A DNA stretch of 41,081 bases from positions 1 through 41,081 of the IMG/VR virus record IMGVR_UViG_3300034279_001484. One strand, 5' to 3'. Each line of letters opens with the position of its first letter. The first letter of the stretch is position 1. The notes beneath the pieces were generated by a model. That model did no database searches. It had not been told where the DNA came from and saw only the letters and a list, made by a program, of their open reading frames with translations. This document shows, piece after piece, positions 30,548-40,163 of the stretch. The DNA comes from a virus (lineage: Duplodnaviria; Caudoviricetes). The translations under genes were made by a program, and so were the position numbers.

Positions 30548-32773
30548 GTGCGTGAACAGATTGGTATTGATGTAACAGCGCGAGACCTTGCAAGCAAGGA
30601 ACTCCAGCGCGTCAATGGAGCGGTAGACCGACTAGCCGCGTCCGCTGGCAAGGCTACCCCAGCAACCAACGCCCTTGGCGGCGCTCAAATGGGCATGGCG
30701 CAAAAAGCATTCTTCTTGCTGCAGAATCTGCAGTCGGTGCAATGGGCGCTTTCCATGGTGAATTCGGTGATGCAGCCAGCGGTTAATGCCGCAAGAGACT
30801 ACGCCGAATCCCTGACCAAAACCAATGTCGTGCTTGGTGAGCATGCGGATGTCTTGCTTAAGGCTGCGGAGACATCGGCGCGAACCATGGGTCTGTCTGG
30901 AAATCAAGTGCTGCAGATGGGTTCCGAGTACGCGAACCTATTCCGCGCCATGAAGTTGACCGAAGAAGAGTCGGCAAACATGTCCCTTGCAACACTCCAG
31001 TTGGCATCGGACATCTCGTCATTTAACAACATCTCAATGGACGACGCACTTGGCAAGTTGCGCTCTGGTCTCGTCGGGGAATACTTGCCGATGCGTACTG
31101 TCGGTGTGCAGTTGAACGAATTGATCGTCAACCAAAAGGCTCTTGACATGGGTCTTGCAAAAACCACAAAGGAAATTACGGCTCAACACAAGGTTATGGC
31201 TCGCTTTGCGGTCATGACTGAGCAACTTGACCTGACCCAGGGAGACTTTGCGCGAACGCAATACGGACTTGCAAACCAGCAGCGCGTTGCCGCAGCAGTC
31301 ATGGAAGACAACATGCGAAAGGCTGGCGAAGCCCTGCTCCCAATCTTCCTAGCCCTTACTCAGGCAAGCATTGGCTTCATGGAAGTGGTTATCCCGATCA
31401 TCACGGTTCTTGGAACACAGTTCCCAGCAATCATGATTGGAGCAGGTGTTGCGCTTATTGCCTTTGCTGGCGGTCTTGTGCCAGCAACAGCGGCTGTTTG
31501 GGCATTTGCCGCTGGTATTTGGGCGGCGTTGGTTCCGTTCTTGCCATTTGTTGCCATCGGTCTTGCAGTTGCTGGGGTTCTTATGATTCTGGAGGAAAAC
31601 TTTGGCGTTGTGACTGGCGCAGTTCATGTTTTGTCCGAAGTTCTTGGCGGAATTGTGAATTTCATTAAGAGTTCAGTTGTAGTGGCGATCCAAATCCTTG
31701 CGAATGTTGTTGGGTTTTTCAATAAAGACATGGGGCATGAACTGCACAAAATTGCTAACAGTGTTCAAAACATTGGAAAAGAAACGACTGAGGTTGTTAA
31801 GGCGACGGAAGAGGACGCTCGCCTAACCATCGCTCGCGGAATTCCAGGAATGGAAATGGTGGCAAATGATTACTTTGATGCCCTGCCAGACGCGGCTGGA
31901 AATGCGAAAGAGCAAGTGCTTACCCGCACATCGTCAATCATCAGCGGCGTTGCCGACTCTTTGAAGGCAGGACGAGATTCAGTAAAAAATGCGGCTGCAG
32001 AACTTAAGGATGCTCTTGCAAATGCAGTTAGCCCTAAAAAGGAAAAGAAAGACCTCAAAGAATTCTTGGGTTCAAAGGAACTTAAGGCAGCGCTTGAAAG
32101 CGACGACGCCGTTGTCCGCGCCTATGCGGAAAAGGCGCAGGCTGCCGCAAAGGAGAGGCTCTTTGCCCTGGAGCAGGGAGTGCCAGACGCGGCGCTTGAA
32201 AGCAAAATCACCTACGACGACGCATACAAGGCTGCAACGGACAGAGTTCTTGCGGAAATGCAAGCAGCAGAAAATGCCGCTGCTGGTGAATTTGAGCGAC
32301 AGAAATTCTCCTACACCGATTATGGCAAGCGAACAATGGATGCCTACGCTGACGGCATTGAGCGCGGCGGCGTCGGAGTAGTTCAGGTGCTGCGAAATGT
32401 GTTGACCAACATGGAGCCGCTCCTTGTGGCAAAGTCTCCGCCAACAATGCACTCGCCGCTGCATAAGATTGACGACTGGGGTTCGCGCACTATCGGCGCG
32501 TTCGGGGACGGCATGCGAAACGCTGCATCATCCCTGCGCGACAGCGCACGGTTTGCAGTTGATTTTGCCCGACCAGAACTTGAAAATGTTGCCGCTCTTG
32601 GCGTGTCTAATGCGGCAGCGGTTTCAGGCTCGCCAGTTGTCATCAACAATAACTTCCAGCCAGGAAGCGTTCGTAAAGATGAGGACATCCGAAGGATCAC
32701 CGAGCGCATCCATGTGCAGGCTCGCTTGCGTGGTGGGCTGCACGGGGGCGGCGCCTCGTCGGTAGCGCTCTAA
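30548..32773 (+). CDS. Tail tape measure protein
   Basis: 741 aa, Ala-rich helical; I.VTARD.AS start; LASDISSFNN and QGDFART motifs; central hydrophobic segment. Confidence 0.93.
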   Translation: MREQIGIDVTARDLASKELQRVNGAVDRLAASAGKATPATNALGGAQMGMAQKAFFLLQNLQSVQWALSMVNSVMQPAVNAARDYAESLTKTNVVLGEHADVLLKAAETSARTMGLSGNQVLQMGSEYANLFRAMKLTEEESANMSLATLQLASDISSFNNISMDDALGKLRSGLVGEYLPMRTVGVQLNELIVNQKALDMGLAKTTKEITAQHKVMARFAVMTEQLDLTQGDFARTQYGLANQQRVAAAVMEDNMRKAGEALLPIFLALTQASIGFMEVVIPIITVLGTQFPAIMIGAGVALIAFAGGLVPATAAVWAFAAGIWAALVPFLPFVAIGLAVAGVLMILEENFGVVTGAVHVLSEVLGGIVNFIKSSVVVAIQILANVVGFFNKDMGHELHKIANSVQNIGKETTEVVKATEEDARLTIARGIPGMEMVANDYFDALPDAAGNAKEQVLTRTSSIISGVADSLKAGRDSVKNAAAELKDALANAVSPKKEKKDLKEFLGSKELKAALESDDAVVRAYAEKAQAAAKERLFALEQGVPDAALESKITYDDAYKAATDRVLAEMQAAENAAAGEFERQKFSYTDYGKRTMDAYADGIERGGVGVVQVLRNVLTNMEPLLVAKSPPTMHSPLHKIDDWGSRTIGAFGDGMRNAASSLRDSARFAVDFARPELENVAALGVSNAAAVSGSPVVINNNFQPGSVRKDEDIRRITERIHVQARLRGGLHGGGASSVAL

Positions 32774-35700
32774 ATGGCAACATTTCAGGTTCTCATTGGG
32801 GGAGTTGATCGCACATCGGTCATTGCCGTTGAAACTTTTACGGCTGAAATTGGATCACGCGAAAACATCACAACTTGCTCATTTGACATCCGTGACGAAA
32901 CCAGGTCTATTGAGGTAAAGGGCGCGGAATCAGTTGTCGTCAAGCAAGACACCACAACAATCTGGTCGGGCTATGTCGGCAATGTGTCAGTCTCATTTGA
33001 CGGTAACGCGAACATGCTGGCAGTTGACGCCCAATCGGGAAACAACATGCTGGATCAAAAAGCCTACCGAACCATCGGTTATGTTTCAAAAGGCACTGCT
33101 GGAAGCGCAAACGATAAGGGTTCAATCCGACCATCTGGCTTTAGCAGGACATTTGGCGCAGAAGTTGTGTGGCTTCTTGCAAGTTCTACTTGCTCGCCTG
33201 GAGCAAGCCCAATCACTTACTCGTCGGCAAAGATCTACAAGGCAACAAACTCCCTCACCGCCCGCGTAGATTACGGCGGGAAGACCTTGCGCGAAGGCTT
33301 GGAAGACTTCATTAAGGCGGCTTACGGCGCAAAGAAAATGACTTTCTGGGTTGACGCCGCTGGAGCGTTGAACATTCAGCCAACTGGTCAGTCCGCAAAC
33401 ATGCTAGAAAACTTTGACTTCTACAACGGCGCGACATCGGATTGGACTCTCGCTGGCGGTGCATCTATTACAGCCGCTGCTGGTCAGTCAACTGGCGCCC
33501 CTGGTGCGGGTAGTGTCGTGGACTATGGTGTTCAGTTGGACGACAACACAGAGTCTGCCGTTCAAAACGCTGCGGTCGTTGCTGGGCGTCGCTACTATGT
33601 TGCAGGCGGGCTAAAAAACCAGACTTCAAATCGTGGTCGCATCAATCTGGTGTGGAGGAACAGCGGCGGCACAACAATTAGCACCGACTCCCTTTCTACG
33701 GCGACGGTGGGTTCATGGGTTCGCCTTGAAGGAATCTATACAGCGCCAGCGACGGCTACTTCTGTCAACTACACGCTGTCGTATTTTGGGTCAACTTCTG
33801 GGGCTGCTTACTTTGATAACTTGCGAATCATTGAGGAGAACGCTGGTTTTGGAATTAGCGATACGCCAAACAACACCAGCACTTTTGCCCCAGAAGACTA
33901 CGAAGAGTCCGTTGACTCCAGCGCAGTTATTAACGCCGTTGCAATTAAGGGAAAGAAATACACCGTTGGCAAGACTTACCTTAGCGACGGTCACGACGCT
34001 TGGCAAACTTATTATGTTGAATACGCACCCTCCATCGCGTATTTTGGGAAAGTATTCACTACAGCACTTGACGACGACAAAGTAAGTAGTGCCGCCAAAG
34101 CAACAGAGGCTGCTTACAAAATCTTTAGCGAATCTGCGTTTCCGATTCGTGAAGGCACATACAAGATCTCGTCGGCAAAACTTGGCGCCATCGTCCCGAC
34201 ACCAGGAACCTATCAGATTTTCCAAATGTCAAGAATGCCGTCTGCCCGCCAGGTCACAATCAACCGCATTGAATCGGTGTCTGTGCTTCCTTACGGCGCT
34301 GGCGAAGTTGTATACGAAGTTCAATTTGGCGCCCAAAAAGGCAACATTGCTTCGGCGCTTGCAACGGTTGGCTCCGCAATGTGGGGGACTGGAAAGCCGA
34401 AAACAGGCAGCACTGTTTTTGAGCATAATTTTGTACGAGATGGGTTGCTGACTGGCGGACGAACACTTACAGATCCGCAGACCACAGGCGTTGCGGCGGA
34501 AGTTGAGCAAGGCGCAGCAGTATCTGCAATCGCCCCAATGTCTGTCGTTAAGAAAAACACTGCACTAACCCCAGCAAATAACTTGCCAAACCTTGCCGAC
34601 TACGGCGGCGACGGTGAATTTCCGATTGGGTCACTGATTCTCCTGGTACCCGACGCTGGAGATCCGCACCTCACAAAGCCAACGCTGTACCGCAGCGATG
34701 GAACAACGACCTGGACTGCAGTTACCCCCGCGCAACTCAAGAGCGACGCCGTAGCCGCTGGGCGCATGAGCAACGGGATGATCGTTGCCGACTCAATCTT
34801 TGCTGGAACGATTGACGCTGGGACTATTGATGTCACCAACCTCAACGCCAGCAACATTACAACTGGAACTCTGACTTCTATTGCAATTAATGCTGGCAGC
34901 GGCAAGTTCACGGTTGACTCTTCTGGAAACGCTCTTGCCAACTCAATCACGCTTGGATCAACGGCGACAGTCACCAACACTGCAGGAAACGAAGTTACTG
35001 GTTCAATTTATTCGCGCCCTGGCGACAATGTGACTAGCGCACAGTTCCGACTTGTTGCAGACGACTCAAATAATCTAACCAGATCAATCACTGGCATTAC
35101 ATCTTCTGGCGCTGCAGCAAACGCTAACTGCACAATTAACGCCACGGCACATCCATTTTCGGCTGGTCAGTTTGTTTGGTTCACAGGCGCCACTGGCGCT
35201 GGAGCCGCAGCGCTTAACGCCATCACCGAAAGCCTGCCAGCACAAATCATTTCTACAACCACAAACGCTTTTGTTATTAACTATTACCTAGCAATCGGGG
35301 CAATTACCGCAGGAACGGCAACCGCTGGTAAACGATTGTCGGTGGTGGCTCCGTCTGGGCTGTTTGTGTATCAAAGCGACAGCAAGCCTGGCGCAATTGC
35401 AACAGGCAGTATTGCTCTTGGAACGGCGCTCACCAAACTTGGTAAGGGATCTACCGCAACGCTTGCTGACGGTGAAATTGGATTCTTAACTTCTACAACT
35501 CCCCGATACGCTGGCGGCGGAAACCTTTTTTCCCCAGACGGAACAGCAACTGTTGCAACCAGTGGCGATTTCCGACTTGGGGTAAGTTCTACTTCTACCC
35601 AGGGAGACATTGAGTTTAAGGCAGGAACTGGCGGGCGTATCGGCGCATTTAGCGCGACGGCAGGAAACACCTCTATTGGCGTATTCAACTCAGACCGAAG

Positions 35701-36136
35701 CGGCTACACCGCCCTGGTTGCCAACGGATTCTATCCAGCGCAAGGCTCCTCGTATCTGGGCTGGAGCGGCACGCAATTCACCATGAACGATTCGGTTGCT
35801 GTCACTGGGGCGATCACGGCAACAACAAGCATTACTGCGACTGGAAACATTGATGGGGCAAACCAGGCATCGTATGTTCGGGCAGACATTTCTACTTCCA
35901 GCACAACAAGCATCCCTGCTGGTGGGTTCCAAAGCCATTCCCTTACCTGGACGGCAACTGGCGCTTCAACTCCGTATGTTGTTGCCAGCCCATACATGAC
36001 GACAGGAAGCACTGTTTCCATGTCGGCAGTAGTGTTCTCACAAGTTCCTGGCGGAGCAACCGTTTATCTCTACAACACATCTTCACTGGCGACGACTGTT
36101 TCTCGTAGAGCGCAGGGAATTGCCGTAGTTCCATAA
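32774..36136 (+). CDS. Tail tip/hub-fibre fusion with an inserted carbohydrate-binding module
   Basis: Follows the tape measure gene; CBM-like NMLEN.DF...GRRYY...WVRLEG..TAPATA...YFDN; AGTIDA..I.VTNLNASNITTGTL repeat; Gly/Thr/Ser-rich C-terminus. Confidence 0.82.
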   Translation: MATFQVLIGGVDRTSVIAVETFTAEIGSRENITTCSFDIRDETRSIEVKGAESVVVKQDTTTIWSGYVGNVSVSFDGNANMLAVDAQSGNNMLDQKAYRTIGYVSKGTAGSANDKGSIRPSGFSRTFGAEVVWLLASSTCSPGASPITYSSAKIYKATNSLTARVDYGGKTLREGLEDFIKAAYGAKKMTFWVDAAGALNIQPTGQSANMLENFDFYNGATSDWTLAGGASITAAAGQSTGAPGAGSVVDYGVQLDDNTESAVQNAAVVAGRRYYVAGGLKNQTSNRGRINLVWRNSGGTTISTDSLSTATVGSWVRLEGIYTAPATATSVNYTLSYFGSTSGAAYFDNLRIIEENAGFGISDTPNNTSTFAPEDYEESVDSSAVINAVAIKGKKYTVGKTYLSDGHDAWQTYYVEYAPSIAYFGKVFTTALDDDKVSSAAKATEAAYKIFSESAFPIREGTYKISSAKLGAIVPTPGTYQIFQMSRMPSARQVTINRIESVSVLPYGAGEVVYEVQFGAQKGNIASALATVGSAMWGTGKPKTGSTVFEHNFVRDGLLTGGRTLTDPQTTGVAAEVEQGAAVSAIAPMSVVKKNTALTPANNLPNLADYGGDGEFPIGSLILLVPDAGDPHLTKPTLYRSDGTTTWTAVTPAQLKSDAVAAGRMSNGMIVADSIFAGTIDAGTIDVTNLNASNITTGTLTSIAINAGSGKFTVDSSGNALANSITLGSTATVTNTAGNEVTGSIYSRPGDNVTSAQFRLVADDSNNLTRSITGITSSGAAANANCTINATAHPFSAGQFVWFTGATGAGAAALNAITESLPAQIISTTTNAFVINYYLAIGAITAGTATAGKRLSVVAPSGLFVYQSDSKPGAIATGSIALGTALTKLGKGSTATLADGEIGFLTSTTPRYAGGGNLFSPDGTATVATSGDFRLGVSSTSTQGDIEFKAGTGGRIGAFSATAGNTSIGVFNSDRSGYTALVANGFYPAQGSSYLGWSGTQFTMNDSVAVTGAITATTSITATGNIDGANQASYVRADISTSSTTSIPAGGFQSHSLTWTATGASTPYVVASPYMTTGSTVSMSAVVFSQVPGGATVYLYNTSSLATTVSRRAQGIAVVP

Positions 36137-36145
36137 AGGAGAGTT

Positions 36146-36412
36146 ATGTCAGACCTTAGTTTCTTTGGCGAAAACATGAAGGCGTGCGCTGTTTACGACC
36201 CAGTAAGCGGCATTTTTGAAAGCATCGTCATCATGCCCGAAAAAGAATGCGCTGGATACGACACGGGAAATGGTCTTGCTTTTGAATGGATTGATTCTCT
36301 TGATGTCGTCCCAATGGACAGCCTTGAAAAAGGAAAGTGCATCCGCAGGATCGGGGCTAATCAATACGAAATTCAAGACGCCCCGCCGCTCCCTGGTAAC
36401 ATTAAGGAATGA
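36146..36412 (+). CDS. Small protein after the tail fibre (fibre chaperone-like)
   Basis: AAGGAG RBS; AVYD..SG.....I pattern; position. Confidence 0.55.
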   Translation: MSDLSFFGENMKACAVYDPVSGIFESIVIMPEKECAGYDTGNGLAFEWIDSLDVVPMDSLEKGKCIRRIGANQYEIQDAPPLPGNIKE

Positions 36413-36594
36413 CAACCAAGGACAGCACCGAAATCCTTAAGCGCCTGGAGCGCATTGAGCGAGATCTTGCCGACATCAAGGTGGAGATGGCGGAGACTCG
36501 TGGCGCCTATCGGCTTGCTAAGTTTGTTATTGCCATGCTTGGGCTTTCGGGTCTTGGCGGAGTCATCGCGTTTCTTAACGGGCAAGGTAAGTAA
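36409..36594 (+). CDS. Small coiled-coil plus transmembrane protein (XhlA/holin-like)
   Basis: Heptad ILKRLERIERDL, then FVIAMLGLSGLGGVIAFL; precedes the lysin. Confidence 0.72.
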   Translation: MTTKDSTEILKRLERIERDLADIKVEMAETRGAYRLAKFVIAMLGLSGLGGVIAFLNGQGK

Positions 36595-37418
36595 TGCCAA
36601 TTAAGGTTGTCACCCAAACTACCCTTATTGAGGGCAAGGCAACAAAGACAACTTCCGACAACTGGATGGACGATTGCGGCGTTACAAGTGCAGGCATGGC
36701 AGTCCAGTGGGCGACCAAAGGCGCGATCACGGTTACGCCGCAGCAATCCTGGGATGCTGGCGCAAAGGCTGGACGCAAGGATGTTGACGGGGCTGGAAAC
36801 GGCACCAGCGCTGTGGAACTGGTTAAGACCGCCAAAGTGCTTGGCGCCCATGCAGTCGTCGTGCGATCTTGGGACGCCGCAAAGAATGCCGCCCGAAAGG
36901 GCGCCGCAATCGTCACCAATGTGGACGCGCCACTCGGCATCCCTGAGCGGGTGTGGTCTGACTGGCAGAAAAAGCGCGCCAAGGGCAAGCCTCCCTACGG
37001 TCACTGGTGCGTGCTGGCATGCGACGGTGGCGAGTGGGAGTACGCCGACCCGACGATGAGCGGCAAGGGCAAAGAGGTTTACGGCAAGGCGATTTCGGAG
37101 AAAGAAGCCGACAGCATCGCGCACTCCAAGAAACTGGCTAAAAAGACGCCCATTTGGATCGTGGTCACGGCGACGGCACCAGCCCCAAAGACCCCCGCCA
37201 AAAGCCCCGTACAGGCACCTCAGAAGCCCCAGAACGCGAGCAAACCTCAGCCTGTACTCCCAGTACCCCCAAAGCCCAAGGAGAAGCCTGCAAAAGTGGC
37301 GCTCCAGGCTGAACTGGCTGCTACCCTTAAAGAGATCAAGGTGACGCCCTGGGGGGCTGCCCAGCGAGCGCTGTGGAAGCGTGTTGACCAGATCCATAAC
37401 AAACTTCGTGGCAAGTAA
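36594..37418 (+). CDS. Probable endolysin: C39-like cysteine peptidase with a Pro/Lys-rich tail
   Basis: DDCGVTS (Cys), YGHW.V (His) and ADP (Asp); flanked by two membrane-protein genes. Confidence 0.75.
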   Translation: MPIKVVTQTTLIEGKATKTTSDNWMDDCGVTSAGMAVQWATKGAITVTPQQSWDAGAKAGRKDVDGAGNGTSAVELVKTAKVLGAHAVVVRSWDAAKNAARKGAAIVTNVDAPLGIPERVWSDWQKKRAKGKPPYGHWCVLACDGGEWEYADPTMSGKGKEVYGKAISEKEADSIAHSKKLAKKTPIWIVVTATAPAPKTPAKSPVQAPQKPQNASKPQPVLPVPPKPKEKPAKVALQAELAATLKEIKVTPWGAAQRALWKRVDQIHNKLRGK

Positions 37419-37431
37419 GAAAGGAATGACA

Positions 37432-37647
37432 ATGAGCAGGCAATTGAAGGCAATTTTGACAGAGGCAGCGCGGACGGCTGCTGCTACGGCTTTGGCAATG
37501 TGGGTGGCAATGGGTGTTGACATCTGGTCGCTGGACGCCGATGCTTTGAAGGCACTCAGCGCGGCGGCAGTAGCCGCTGGCGTTCAAGTAGTGCTACGGT
37601 ACTTGCAGCCAGGTGGCGAATACGGCATCGGGGCTGACAAGAAGTAA
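37432..37647 (+). CDS. Holin
   Basis: Two hydrophobic helices; EAART.A pattern; YLQP....YG.G C-terminus; follows the lysin (alternative start 37426). Confidence 0.75.
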   Translation: MSRQLKAILTEAARTAAATALAMWVAMGVDIWSLDADALKALSAAAVAAGVQVVLRYLQPGGEYGIGADKK

Positions 37648-37673
37648 TAAAAAATTAGGGGAGGAACTAGGGG

Positions 37674-37910
37674 ATGGCGTTACTAGACGCAATTAATGCT
37701 GCTCGCCCAGCGGTGAGCAAATCAATGTGCGGCGTTCGCCGCGTGTTGTCCGAACTCAGCGGAGCAGACGCAGCCGATCTTCGGTCGGCTCTGAGTAATC
37801 CTGTCATTGAGTCATCAGCAATTGCCAAAGGCGTTGCTGTTGCTCTTGGCGCAAGACTTGCCGCGTCTTCAGTGGCTCGGCACAGGAAAGGGGAATGCTC
37901 GTGTCAGTAG
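37674..37910 (+). CDS. Small HTH/Zn-binding hypothetical protein
   Basis: GGAGG RBS; C.V...IA......SVARHRKGECSC. Confidence 0.7.
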   Translation: MALLDAINAARPAVSKSMCGVRRVLSELSGADAADLRSALSNPVIESSAIAKGVAVALGARLAASSVARHRKGECSCQ

Positions 37911-38959
37911 AAGAAGAAATTCAGCGCGCCCAAATTGAGGGCGAGTTGCGTTCGCAACTGAACGCTGCACTGAAAAAGTACGATTCGCTCAAGCGTGATC
38001 GTGACGACTACACCGAAGCGATCTTCCGCGCAGCAAAGTCGGCTGCAAGCGCAATGATTATTCCGCCAGTCCAGGCGCCGAAGCCAGACAAGCGCACCAA
38101 GCAGGCTGAAACTGCCATTGCTGTGCTTGGCGATTTCCAGTTGGGCAAGGTGACAGCAGGCTACAACTCACAGATTTGCGAAGAGCGCATTGACATCTAC
38201 GCAGACAAAGTAATCAAACTCACAGAGATCCAGCGCGCTGACCATCCAGTCAACGACCTGCAGATTTTTGTACTTGGCGACATCGTTGAGGGCGAGTTGA
38301 TCTTCCCTGGTCAGCAGTGGCAGTTGGACAGTTCGCTGTACCAGCAGACGGTGCTTGACGCTCCGCGCATCCTGACTAATTTCATTCGGAAGATGCTTGC
38401 AAACTTTAGCGGCAAGATCACCGTTCACATGGTTATCGGCAATCACGGCGCTATCGGTGGACAGACGCGACGCGACATGAATCCAGAGAGCAACGCCGAC
38501 CGCATGGCTTATCGCATCACTCAGATGTTGCTCAGGGATGAGAAGCGCGTTTCGTTCAACATTCCAGATGGTTCTGGCGAATCACATTGGTACACGGTTG
38601 CCGAAGTATTCCCGAACTACAGGGTTTTGTTGTTCCACGGCTACAACCTGCGCGGAGGGTCGGGCTTCCCTTGGTATGGGCTGATGAAAAAGGTTGGCGG
38701 CTGGGCGCTGGGCGCAATCCCAGAAGTCTTCCACGACACTGACTTTGGTCACTGGCACCAGCCGACCCGCGTCACGCTCAACCGAGTGACGGCGCGCTGC
38801 AATGGCAGCCCAGAAAGCCACAACACTTTTGCCCAGGAAGCGCTGGCAGCAGTCGGGCGCCCAAGCCAGGGTCTCCGATTCGTTCACCCGAAGTACGGGG
38901 TGACGGCGGAGTATGTTGTCTACCTAGACACAGAAAACCCAGTCTTGCCGCAGATCTGA
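37895..38959 (+). CDS. Calcineurin-like phosphoesterase with an N-terminal coiled coil (start 37895 or 37901)
   Basis: LGDFQLG, LGDIVEG, IGNHG, FHG, GHWH and NGS motifs. Confidence 0.88.
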   Translation: MLVSVEEEIQRAQIEGELRSQLNAALKKYDSLKRDRDDYTEAIFRAAKSAASAMIIPPVQAPKPDKRTKQAETAIAVLGDFQLGKVTAGYNSQICEERIDIYADKVIKLTEIQRADHPVNDLQIFVLGDIVEGELIFPGQQWQLDSSLYQQTVLDAPRILTNFIRKMLANFSGKITVHMVIGNHGAIGGQTRRDMNPESNADRMAYRITQMLLRDEKRVSFNIPDGSGESHWYTVAEVFPNYRVLLFHGYNLRGGSGFPWYGLMKKVGGWALGAIPEVFHDTDFGHWHQPTRVTLNRVTARCNGSPESHNTFAQEALAAVGRPSQGLRFVHPKYGVTAEYVVYLDTENPVLPQI

Positions 38960-38987
38960 CATTCCCCGACAAGCATGTGTACAGGTG

Positions 38988-39016
38988 TTGACACACCAGA
39001 ACAGATGCTCTACTCT
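38988..39016 (+). promoter_or_regulatory. Promoter of the recombination/replication operon with an overlapping SOS-box-like site
   Basis: TTGACA (38988), 17 bp, TACTCT (39011); AGAAC-AGAT-GCTCT at 38998-39011. Confidence 0.7.
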
Positions 39017-39095
39017 TCCTGCATCAGCCGACGAGCCTAGGCTGGTCTGAGGAAAGGCTCCCGCGTCTAGGGGCGCGGAGCAAATAGGAGGGGAC

Positions 39096-39356
39096 ATGGA
39101 GGATTTCGTTACGACCACGGGGTCGGAAATCCATTGGCGTTATTCAGGGCGTGAGCCGCTGATTGATTACGCCGCTGCAACGCAGGAGTTGGTCGCTGGT
39201 AAGGCGATCAAGGTTTTTGCCAAGACGAAGGAAGAGGCATGGCGCAAGCGCGCAACGCTGGCGCAGCAGTTCCGACTTCGTGGCATGAAGGTGAAGTCAC
39301 GATGCGCCGCAGGGCAAGATGGATCGTTTGAGATCGTCTTGGCATTGGTCGCGTAA
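39096..39356 (+). CDS. Small basic hypothetical protein, possibly DNA-binding
   Basis: AGGAGG RBS; first gene after the promoter. Confidence 0.7.
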   Translation: MEDFVTTTGSEIHWRYSGREPLIDYAAATQELVAGKAIKVFAKTKEEAWRKRATLAQQFRLRGMKVKSRCAAGQDGSFEIVLALVA

Positions 39357-40153
39357 TGGCTCGCTGTTTTGACCCCAGCCATCGCTCGTATTCGGGCGAC
39401 AGGCTGTGGAATGAGTGCCAGTGGAAAGCCAATGCCCTGACGGTCAATGGCGTCAAGCCCCAAATGGGCGAAGCGGCAATGGTCGGCAAAGCGGTGGACG
39501 CGGCTGTCTGTTTGCTCATCGCTGGCGAAGCAGCCAGTGTTGAGCGAGAGGTTGAGGCTGCCGTTCACGAGGAAGATCCACAGGCGCAGCGCGTTTGGGC
39601 GCTTGATGCCATGAAGGAAAAGGCATCGGCACTGGTTCAGTTGTGGCAGCGCGATGTGCAGCCGCAAATGCCAGAGGTGTTTGGAACCCAGGTGGAGTTG
39701 CATTGGGAATTTGAGGGCGCGACTTATCACGCCCATCCCGACATCATTCTTGCCGACGGTTCTGTCATTGACCTGAAGACAAGCGAGCGCAGGCTGGAGG
39801 AGCGTCGGGCTGACCACGACTTCCAGTTGACCTATTACGCCTGGGGGCTGTATGAGGTCTACGGCTCGCTTCCGCCGATGGTCGGGCTTGACGGCTTGAT
39901 CTATGCGAATCCGCCGAAGGATGTTTTGGCTTGGAACCCGAAGGCGACAAAGCCTTGGTACGACAGCCAGCGCAGCCGACGGTTGACCGCAGCGGTTGAG
40001 GCGTTCCGCATTGAGGCTGCAAAGCGCGAGCGATCACGCAATGTGGCGAAAGAGTTGGACATGCACCTAACTCAGGGATTCACGGCGCAATTTGCATGCA
40101 ATGGATGCGCCGCAAAAGTGGACTGCCCCGCATGGCGCGGCATCCAAGAGTAA
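39356..40153 (+). CDS. PD-(D/E)XK nuclease (RecB/Cas4-like exonuclease)
   Basis: SYS....W.ECQW, HPDII...VIDLKT, QLTYY and C..C....C cluster. Confidence 0.88.
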   Translation: MARCFDPSHRSYSGDRLWNECQWKANALTVNGVKPQMGEAAMVGKAVDAAVCLLIAGEAASVEREVEAAVHEEDPQAQRVWALDAMKEKASALVQLWQRDVQPQMPEVFGTQVELHWEFEGATYHAHPDIILADGSVIDLKTSERRLEERRADHDFQLTYYAWGLYEVYGSLPPMVGLDGLIYANPPKDVLAWNPKATKPWYDSQRSRRLTAAVEAFRIEAAKRERSRNVAKELDMHLTQGFTAQFACNGCAAKVDCPAWRGIQE

Positions 40154-40163
40154 GGAGGGACTG

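Noticed and set aside
32774-36136. Diversity-generating retroelement targeting the tail fibre
   Set aside because: No reverse transcriptase and no template/variable repeat pair were seen.
37426-37440. Holin dual-start motif (Met-Thr-Met)
   Set aside because: The lambda-type antiholin mechanism needs a basic residue between the starts; here it is Thr, so this is only start ambiguity.
39047-39056. CTGAGGA as a hammerhead ribozyme core (CUGANGA)
   Set aside because: No stem II followed by GAAA and no suitable cleavage-site helix could be formed.
39356-40153. Cas4-like nuclease as part of a CRISPR system
   Set aside because: It sits with an AAA/Sak4-like ATPase and SSB, the usual phage recombination module, and no array is present.
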